DNA from: a bacterium
GTDB taxonomy: Bacteria; Hinthialibacterota; Hinthialibacteria; Hinthialibacterales; Hinthialibacteraceae
NCBI GenBank assembly: GCA_041946805.1
Contig: JBHGBC010000196.1
Coordinates: 1-10,423, forward strand
Length of the DNA stretch: 10,423 nucleotides
Direction of reading: 5' to 3'
Each line of letters starts with the position of its first letter. The first letter of the stretch is position 1. This document shows positions 1 through 5,651 of the stretch, one piece after another. The position numbers and the translations under genes are program-made. The notes under the pieces are model-generated. The model was not told where the DNA came from and made no database searches. It saw only the letters and a program-made list of their open reading frames with translations.

Positions 1-2
1 TC

Positions 3-410
3 TGGTATGCGGCCGGAAATCTATGGATTTACCCTGATTATCTGACCTATTTCAACGAGGCGGCGGGCGGTCCCGGCCAAGGGTACCGATTCCTGGACGA
101 CTCGAACCTCGACTGGGGCCAGGATTTCGCCCGCCTGACCGCCATTCAGGCTGCGTATCCTGATGAGCCATTGGTGATCGCATCCGATTGGTATATCCGT
201 CCGGAGGCGTTCGGCCTGCGGGCGCGGCTTCTGCGGGAAGAGGAAATCGCGTCACCGCCCGCGGGGATCGTGGCGGTGAGCAAACACTACGCGGTACGCC
301 ACCGGATCTTTCCCCGGTCTCCCTATTATTTCAATTGGCTGGATAAATATAAGCCTGCCGCGGATGTAGGCCATTCCATCTGGATTTTCCGGATTCCCCA
401 GCCGGAATGA
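3..410 (+). CDS. C-terminal 135 aa (5'-truncated by window edge) of a probable ArnT/PMT-like (GT39/GT83, GT-C fold) membrane glycosyltransferase
   Basis: Frame 3 is open from base 3 to TGA 408-410: WYAAGNLWIYPDYLTYFNEAAGGPGQGYRFLDDSNLDWGQDFARL...VGHSIWIFRIPQPE. The YFNE-x2-GGP...L-x-DSNLDWGQD motif and terminal VGxSIxxF are, from recall, typical of the C-terminal region of bacterial ArnT/PMT-like proteins. The ORF track start at 171 is internal. Confidence 0.7.
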   Translation, partial: WYAAGNLWIYPDYLTYFNEAAGGPGQGYRFLDDSNLDWGQDFARLTAIQAAYPDEPLVIASDWYIRPEAFGLRARLLREEEIASPPAGIVAVSKHYAVRHRIFPRSPYYFNWLDKYKPAADVGHSIWIFRIPQPE

Positions 411-620
411 CCGGTTCTTCCGGGCGTGTCCAAGTTCCCGCATCGGGGATGCTTGTATCCGCTTACCGCAATAAGTATATGAATCTGAGATAGTTCTCTC
501 GAGATCCCCCCTAAAATTCACCCTACCGGGTGCTAGTCTGATGATAGAATGAAAGAACAGAGTGAGTTGGCTGGTTGATCCCGCTCGTACTACAGACAAT
601 CGGGCTGGGAGAAAGCACTC

Positions 621-650
621 TTGAAATTAGTGTACATTCGTTGTTACTAT
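621..650 (+). promoter_or_regulatory. Candidate sigma70 promoter P1 upstream of the regulator (TTGAAA-18 bp-TACTAT, with extended -10 TG)
   Basis: TTGAAA 621-626, TG 642-643, TACTAT 645-650 in an AT-rich stretch; the spacer contains the palindrome TGTACA (631-636). Confidence 0.35.
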
Positions 651-680
651 TTTTTTTACTAGACCGACATTTTGGCCGCC

Positions 681-698
681 TTGTGCCTACAATATAAT
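681..698 (+). promoter_or_regulatory. Candidate GntR/AraR-type operator TTGT-N4-ACAA abutting a perfect TATAAT -10 box
   Basis: TTGTgcctACAA at 681-692 is followed directly by TATAAT at 693-698. It has the same arms and spacing as the B. subtilis AraR consensus (TTGTACGTACAA core). A T8 tract at 650-657 could be an UP element; the -35 is poor. Confidence 0.35.
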
Positions 699-963
699 AT
701 CCATTCTGGCTGTTGGTTGGATGACGCGTTCCAGTCTGCATTAGATTGTCAAATGGATGTCCTCATCTTGATCATTGCACGCGAAGCCCTGTCATAACCA
801 TCTTCACAGATCCAAAACGCGGCTCCCAAACCGATCCGGAAGAACAGGTGAGGAATTCATCGAATCCACCGACCGATCGAGACATAGGATCATCATCCAT
901 CATCCGGGCAAATCGTTTCATCCTCCTGGAAAACGCGTGGCGAGGTCAAGGGAAAATGAGACC

Positions 964-2076
964 ATGTCGAACTTGTTCAATCGATTACCCAAATACATTC
1001 AAATCAAGGAAGCGATCCGCAAGGAAATAGAGGAAGGCATCTTGCGGGAAGGTCAGCAGCTGGCTTCCGAAGCGGCTTTGATCGACCGATTCGGGGCCAG
1101 TAAGATGACCGTGATCCGGGCCTTGCAGGAATTGGTCCAGGAGGGATTTCTGAGCCGGGTGCAGGGGAAAGGGACCTATGTCACCTATCCCGTGCGGCGA
1201 AGCCCATTGATCGGATTGCTCCTTCCCGCCATCAGTCCGGCCGGGTGCGCCGCCTGGCTGCGGGCGGTCGAGCCGCATGCCAGTGAGGCCGGATTCGATC
1301 TGTTGTTCTGTATGGCGGAAGCGCAGGGGGAGAAAGTGAATGACTTCGCGGAGCGGTTGATCCAACGCCAAGTGTCCGGATTGATCGCCGCGCCGGTGGA
1401 GACCGACACCGATCCTTCCGCGCCGGGATGGTGGCTGAACCGCCTACGCGAAGAACGGATTCCTGTGGTGCTGGCCGGTGGGAAAATGGATAACTTCCGC
1501 GATATCTCCGTCATCCAGACCAATGATGAGGAAATCATGGCGGAATTGACGCGGGAGGTGTTGAAGAAAGGCCACCGCCGCTTGCTTTTGCTGCGGGGGG
1601 GTGAGGAACCGTCCTCGATCCTGGCTTTGCGGATCCGCGGATTTCAGAAGGCCTGCAAAGAGGAAAAGATCCGGGTGGAACTGGCGGAAATCGTTCAACT
1701 CCCCGGACGGAAATCCCTGGAAGAAGACTCCGCGGAAATCGTCTCCCTGCTGCGGACGCACGAACCCACCGCGGTGATGGCCCTGAACGACCTGACCGCT
1801 TTCCGGGTCATGCAGATTGTCCAAAACAATCCGTACCGGTTTGACAGCCCGATCTCGGTGACCGGGTACGGCGATTGGGATTTCGCCGAGGACGCCGGAT
1901 TGACCACCGTCCGGCTTCCCCTGGAGGAAATGGGGGAACGGGCGGTCAAGGCCTTGCAGAAACTGATGCGCGGCGGGAGGCCGGAGTGGATCACTCTCCA
2001 TGCCCGGATTGTGCACCGCTCCTCCCTGAGCGTGTTGTCCTACTCGAAGGGTGAAAAAACCCGGTCCGCGAACTGA
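964..2076 (+). CDS. GntR-family transcriptional regulator with LacI/GalR-type effector domain (AraR subfamily), 370 aa
   Basis: ATG 964 follows a purine-rich run (AAGGGAAAATGAG). N-terminal GntR wHTH: PKYIQIKEAIRKEIEEG...LASEAALIDRFGASKMTVIRALQELVQEGFLSRVQGKGTYV. C-terminal periplasmic-binding-like fold with LacI motifs: IGLLLP, KKGHRR, RIRGF, PTAVMALND, ISVTGYGD, LTTVRLPLEEMGERAV, RIVHRSS. Confidence 0.92.
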   Translation: MSNLFNRLPKYIQIKEAIRKEIEEGILREGQQLASEAALIDRFGASKMTVIRALQELVQEGFLSRVQGKGTYVTYPVRRSPLIGLLLPAISPAGCAAWLRAVEPHASEAGFDLLFCMAEAQGEKVNDFAERLIQRQVSGLIAAPVETDTDPSAPGWWLNRLREERIPVVLAGGKMDNFRDISVIQTNDEEIMAELTREVLKKGHRRLLLLRGGEEPSSILALRIRGFQKACKEEKIRVELAEIVQLPGRKSLEEDSAEIVSLLRTHEPTAVMALNDLTAFRVMQIVQNNPYRFDSPISVTGYGDWDFAEDAGLTTVRLPLEEMGERAVKALQKLMRGGRPEWITLHARIVHRSSLSVLSYSKGEKTRSAN

Positions 2077-2086
2077 GACCGCCGGT

Positions 2087-3082
2087 TCAGGAGCGGAAAT
2101 GGTCGAATCCTCCCGCCAGGGCTTCGGACCATCCTTCCACGTGAATGCCTTCGGCCGCGGGAGTGATTTCGCCGATGTCCGTCAACGGGCACAGGGACTG
2201 ATCCCACTCCCGGATTAGTTTTTCGGCCAGCCCGGGTGGGAGCGTCAGGAGCAGCTCGTAATCCTCCCCGCCTTGCCATGCCAGGGTGCGCCATGTTTCC
2301 CCCAGGGAACGCAATGCCTCTCCGGCCGGCCATGAGTCCGCCGCCAGCCGCGCCCCGGTTCCACTTGCCTCACACAATTTCGTCAGGTCCCGCGCCAGAC
2401 CGTCGCTGATGTCGGTCAGGCTGTTGGGAGTCGACAGGGTGAGGATTTTCAGGGCTTCGCGCAGCCGGGGCGTGGGCCGCCGGAAACGCTGGACCAGGGC
2501 CGTCTGCGCGGGTGTCCAGGTTCCGGAAGACGCGCCGCTCAGGAGAATCCGCAGGCCGGCCGCCGCATCGCCCAACGTTCCGGTGACCAGAATCCGGTCG
2601 CCCACGCGGGCGCCGTGGATCGTCACGGGCTGGGCGGTTTTCTGGTATCCGAAGGCGGTGATCGAAACCAGGATGAGCGGAGAACGGACCGTGTCGCCGC
2701 CGATGACCTCCAGGCCCCATTCCGCCCGCAGGCCGGCCAGGGTTTGATAAAACTCCTCCACCCAGGCCACCGGCGAATCGGCCGGCAATCCCAAGGTGAT
2801 TGCGCCGTAGGAGGGAACCGCGCACTTGGCGGCCAGGTCGCTGAGGGTGGAAGCCAGGGCCTTGTAGGCCAGATCGGACGCGGCAGTCCATTCGGTTTGG
2901 AAATGAATGCCCTCCACCATGGCGTCGGTAGTGATCACCAACGCGCCGGGATGGGTCCGGACCACGGCGGCGTCGTCGCCCAGGCCGAGCAACACATCCG
3001 GCGAATGCGCGCCGAGGATTTCCCGGATGCGCCGGTGGAGACCGAATTCGCCGATGTCCCGCAATCGGAGTTGATCAGACAT
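2087..3082 (-). CDS. thiL: Thiamine-monophosphate kinase, 331 aa
   Basis: ThiL motifs in the expected order: IGEFGL, GLGDDAAV, TTDAMVEGIHF, LSDLAA, IGGDT, GDRILVTGTLGDAAAGL, DISDGL, GGEDYELL, and terminal GGFDHF. Confidence 0.96.
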   Translation of the reverse strand: MSDQLRLRDIGEFGLHRRIREILGAHSPDVLLGLGDDAAVVRTHPGALVITTDAMVEGIHFQTEWTAASDLAYKALASTLSDLAAKCAVPSYGAITLGLPADSPVAWVEEFYQTLAGLRAEWGLEVIGGDTVRSPLILVSITAFGYQKTAQPVTIHGARVGDRILVTGTLGDAAAGLRILLSGASSGTWTPAQTALVQRFRRPTPRLREALKILTLSTPNSLTDISDGLARDLTKLCEASGTGARLAADSWPAGEALRSLGETWRTLAWQGGEDYELLLTLPPGLAEKLIREWDQSLCPLTDIGEITPAAEGIHVEGWSEALAGGFDHFRS

Positions 3083-3163
3083 GAGGATCGAATCGCTGGT
3101 TCAAAATGAATAGGACTTTTCCGGCTGGTTGCCGGATGGTTATTCATCATGAAACGATTTTTC

Positions 3164-3190
3164 ACCAGGGCAGGCAAGCCCTGGTATTAC
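3164..3190 (-). repeat. REP-like hairpin upstream of thiL
   Basis: Perfect 8-bp inverted repeat ACCAGGGC (3164-3171) / GCCCTGGT (3178-3185) with a 6-nt loop. On the minus strand it is preceded by GTAAT, resembling the GTAG-type foot of REP elements. Confidence 0.45.
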
Positions 3191-3390
3191 GGATGGCTCA
3201 AAGTCCCTGATCCCAATCCATCTGTCAATCCCGCGCAGGCTGGAATTGAGAGGCCTGCTTGAAGGAAAATCCGAAGAAGCACGGTGCAATACGTTCCTCC
3301 ATGTACTCTGCCCGGGGCGGATTTCTCTTATCCCCATCCCCCCGGACCGTTATATAATAGAACTGGAAAGTGAAAGAAGGCCGGATTTAG

Positions 3391-3420
3391 TTGACATTTG
3401 TAACGAAAACACGTTATGAT
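3391..3420 (+). promoter_or_regulatory. sigma70 promoter TTGACA-18 bp-TATGAT for the 3457 gene
   Basis: Consensus -35 TTGACA at 3391-3396 and 5/6 -10 TATGAT at 3415-3420, 36 nt upstream of the SD-preceded ATG at 3457. Confidence 0.7.
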
Positions 3421-3456
3421 TTCAATAGACCCATCTGGACCCAAGGGGAGAAACCG

Positions 3457-5121
3457 ATGAGTTCCCAAGAGGCCTATACGAAAATCTGTAAATATGTCCG
3501 GCGGGCGCATTGGCGGGTGGGCGGCCTGAATCTTTATTATTACCTCGTGAAATCCATTTTCTACGCGCTGGTATGCGCCTGCGTGGCCGCCGTCTTGCTG
3601 AAAATCTTCCCCCTGGTTGAGGAAACGCCTTGGATTTTCGTCATTTGTGTTGTGCTGGCACTCCCCGCGTCTCTGGCGGCGGCCTGGTGGCAATGGGGCA
3701 GCCTGGAAACGACCGCCCTGCTCGTGGATAAGCGTCTGCGTCTGAAGGAAAAACTCTCCGCGGCGATGGAATTCGGCCGGACCCATCCTGCCGAAGAATT
3801 GGATCCGGAATGGACCCACGCGGTACTGACCGATGCCGCGCGTTCCATCGTCCGGTCCGACTTGAAACGCGCCTTTCCCTGGCAAAACCCGACCGAGGCG
3901 CGCTGGCTGTGGGTCCCCCTATTGGGGCTGGTTTTTGTGCTCATGGTACTGCCCCAATGGGATGCCCTCACCGGACGCGGCCGGTCGCAGGCGCAGGCCA
4001 TGGAACGGACCGAGGTCAAAAAGGAAGTGCAAAAGCTGGAACAGCGGCAACTGGTGCTGGAGCGCAAAGCCCAGGAGGAAAAATCCAAAATCGCCGCGGA
4101 ACTGGCCAAGCAAATCAAGGAATTGGCGACCGATCTCAGCAAGGGGAAAATCGACAAGCGGGAGGCGTTGGCCAAACTGTCGTCCGTGGAGCAGGAATGG
4201 GAACAGAAGAAAATGGAACTGGCCGAAACCCAGCCTAGCCTGGACAAGACCAAGTCCCTGTTGCAATCCCAAATGACCGGCGCGCTGCTGGAGGCGTTGG
4301 AGCAAAACAATTTCGAGAAAGCGGCCCAGGAACTGAACAAGGTCCAGAAACAACTCAAGATGGAGAATCTGGACGCGGACAGCCAGAAGCAGTTGTCGGA
4401 GGAATTGAAGCAACTGGCTTCCCGGATGAACGCCAACCTGCCGTTGTCGAAATCGTTGAACAGCGCGGCGGAATTGCTCCACGCGGGCGAGTTGGACGCG
4501 GCGCTGAATCCGCTGAACCTGGCGGAGCTGGATTTGATGGACATCAAGGACCTGATGGAGCAGATCAAACTGCTCGACGGGGCGCTGAAAGACCTGAAGG
4601 ATTCCAAGTTCGCCCTCGCGGGGAAGTTCGGAAAATGTGAAACATGCGGCTTGCTCTTCGGCGAGGGAGAAGGATTCTGCGACGGTTCCTGCCATGGGAA
4701 CGGACAAGGGAAGGGGAAAGGCGCGTATGGCACATCCCCCTGGCGGCCGGGAGATAGCCGGAATCAGGGTCTGGGGATGGGCGGCCCGGGCATCGGACGC
4801 GGCGGGAAAGCGCCGGCCGAGGAGACCGAGACCACTCTGAGACCGGACAAACTGCCCGCGAATTTCCATGCCGGTCCCTTGCTGGGCGTATTGCCCGTGG
4901 ACGGTCAGTCCCTCAAGGGGGAATCGGGAATCATCACCACCGGCGGCGAGTTGTTGGAATACAAGCAGGCGGCCGAGGACGCCCTGACGAAAGAACGGGT
5001 CCCCCTGCCGTTCCGCTACCAGGTCCGGGCGTATTTCAATGCTATCGAGAGCGAGGCGGCGTCTTCATCGGCCAGTGGTTCCCAAACTCAGGCCGGTGGA
5101 CAAGAGACGCCCGCGCCGTAA
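3457..5121 (+). CDS. Uncharacterised membrane-anchored coiled-coil protein (3 predicted TM helices, long E/K/Q/L helical region, Cys cluster, Gly-rich tail), 554 aa
   Basis: SD AAGGGGAG at 3443-3450 precedes ATG 3457. Two N-terminal hydrophobic segments, an A-x2-VD-x-RL-x-LKE-x-LS-x-A-x-E linker, a third TM (WLWVPLLGLVFVLMVLP), about 200 aa of heptad-like helix, CETC-x10-CDGSCH, G-rich GMGGPGIGRGG, and a C-terminal ERVPLPFRYQVRAYF motif. The architecture recalls proteins often encoded near MoxR/DUF58/vWA genes (recall, unverified). Confidence 0.8.
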   Translation: MSSQEAYTKICKYVRRAHWRVGGLNLYYYLVKSIFYALVCACVAAVLLKIFPLVEETPWIFVICVVLALPASLAAAWWQWGSLETTALLVDKRLRLKEKLSAAMEFGRTHPAEELDPEWTHAVLTDAARSIVRSDLKRAFPWQNPTEARWLWVPLLGLVFVLMVLPQWDALTGRGRSQAQAMERTEVKKEVQKLEQRQLVLERKAQEEKSKIAAELAKQIKELATDLSKGKIDKREALAKLSSVEQEWEQKKMELAETQPSLDKTKSLLQSQMTGALLEALEQNNFEKAAQELNKVQKQLKMENLDADSQKQLSEELKQLASRMNANLPLSKSLNSAAELLHAGELDAALNPLNLAELDLMDIKDLMEQIKLLDGALKDLKDSKFALAGKFGKCETCGLLFGEGEGFCDGSCHGNGQGKGKGAYGTSPWRPGDSRNQGLGMGGPGIGRGGKAPAEETETTLRPDKLPANFHAGPLLGVLPVDGQSLKGESGIITTGGELLEYKQAAEDALTKERVPLPFRYQVRAYFNAIESEAASSSASGSQTQAGGQETPAP

Positions 5122-5169
5122 TCCGGTGTTTCATCATTGAGCAAATGCCTATCAATTGGACTGGAGGAT

Positions 5170-5196
5170 GTCATCCTCGCAAAGGTGGGGATCCAG
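5170..5196 (+). repeat. GTCATCCCCGC-N4-GCGGGGATCCAG-type (dRS3/RPE-like) palindromic repeat, degenerate
   Basis: GTCATCCTCGCAAAGGTGGGGATCCAG. The stem ATCCTCGC/GTGGGGAT (5173-5192) has six Watson-Crick and two G-U pairs with a 4-nt loop. It resembles the widespread GTCATT/CCCCGCGxxxGCGGGA/GATCC repeat family. Confidence 0.6.
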
Positions 5197-5214
5197 AAGA
5201 AGTGGGAATGGTTC

Positions 5215-5298
5215 TTTTATCCTTTCGGAAGAAAGCCAGGGTAAAAGAAAGCGAAGTAAGGTATTCCCTTACCCAGGCCCTCTCCCAGAGGGAGAGGG
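5215..5298. repeat. Inverted pair of 33-bp CCCTCACCC..CCCTCTCCC-N3-GGGAGAGGG-type repeats (one eroded, one intact)
   Basis: The intact copy at 5266-5298 has a perfect 9-bp stem CCCTCTCCC-AGA-GGGAGAGGG (5278-5298). The reverse complement of 5215-5247 aligns to it without gaps at 20/33 positions. The two copies are separated by 18 nt. Confidence 0.7.
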
Positions 5299-5505
5299 AG
5301 TCCGATCGTTGCGTATTAACTCATCCCCAGGATTCCATTCTGGATAGGCTGAACGGCATAGGAATCATGAGAATGCGTATCCCGCGGACCCATTGGTGAA
5401 GATCGGTCCTTTGGTTAAGGAAAAGATCAGGGAATAATGAAATATGGACTGGTATGGCATTTCCATGGCGCTCAACAATCAAGTACAGCCTCTCGAAAAA
5501 CCATC

Positions 5506-5538
5506 CTCTCTCCCTCCGGGAGAAAGGTAAGGAGAGGG
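5506..5538 (-). repeat. Third copy of the CCCTCTCCC-N3-GGGAGAGGG repeat family
   Basis: The reverse complement CCCTCTCCTTACCTTTCTCCCGGAGGGAGAGAG aligns ungapped to 5266-5298 at 23/33 positions. Confidence 0.65.
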
Positions 5539-5550
5539 AAAGCCGAGAAA

Positions 5551-5572
5551 ACGGGCTGGAAGCCCGCGCCAC
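5551..5572 (-). repeat. GTGG-foot REP-like element GTGGCGCGGGCTTCCAGCCCGT
   Basis: Hairpin CGGGCT-GGA-AGCCCG (5552-5566) followed by CGCCAC. On the minus strand this reads as a GTGG tetranucleotide, 2 nt, then the palindrome, which is the layout of GTAG/GTGG-class REPs associated with RAYT/TnpA(REP) transposases. Confidence 0.6.
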
Positions 5573-5651
5573 CTCATCCCCATTTTCTGAACGAGAACCA
5601 GACGCTGAGGTTTCACATACATATCTCGAATCCAAAAAAGGAGAGTCATCC

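Noticed and set aside
445..545. TPP riboswitch (GGGG..CTGAGA..CCC), tempting because thiL is nearby
   Set aside because: The conserved 3' half (ACCTGA...TAAT...GCGTAGG) is absent and the site is not upstream of thiL. No TPP motif was seen upstream of thiL or of the ABC operon either.
771..926. 49-codon minus-strand ORF MKRFARMMDDDPMS... preceded by AGGAGG
   Set aside because: AGGAGG abuts the ATG with no spacer and the peptide shows no recognisable features.
905..950. c-di-GMP-I (GEMM) riboswitch suggested by GGCAAA
   Set aside because: The GNRA-capped P1 stem and the downstream GACGCAAAGCC/P2 elements are missing.
775..963. N-terminal extensions given by the ORF track (775, also 3391, 5454, 6656, 7798, 9270)
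   Set aside because: Downstream starts have SD sequences or 4-bp stop/start overlaps and coincide with domain or signal-peptide starts. The extensions run through promoters, repeats or upstream genes.
4678..4695. c-type haem attachment site
   Set aside because: The motif is CX3CH rather than CXXCH, and nothing else in the protein resembles a cytochrome.
3561..4869. Long antisense and alternative-frame ORFs (3561-4733, 3919-4869, also 5661-6809, 8251-8910, 9237-10073 and others)
   Set aside because: These are shadow ORFs of real genes in GC-rich DNA, with no recognisable motifs and skewed composition.
5170..5572. CRISPR array
   Set aside because: The repeats differ in family, orientation and spacing, there is no regular repeat-spacer period, and there are no cas genes.
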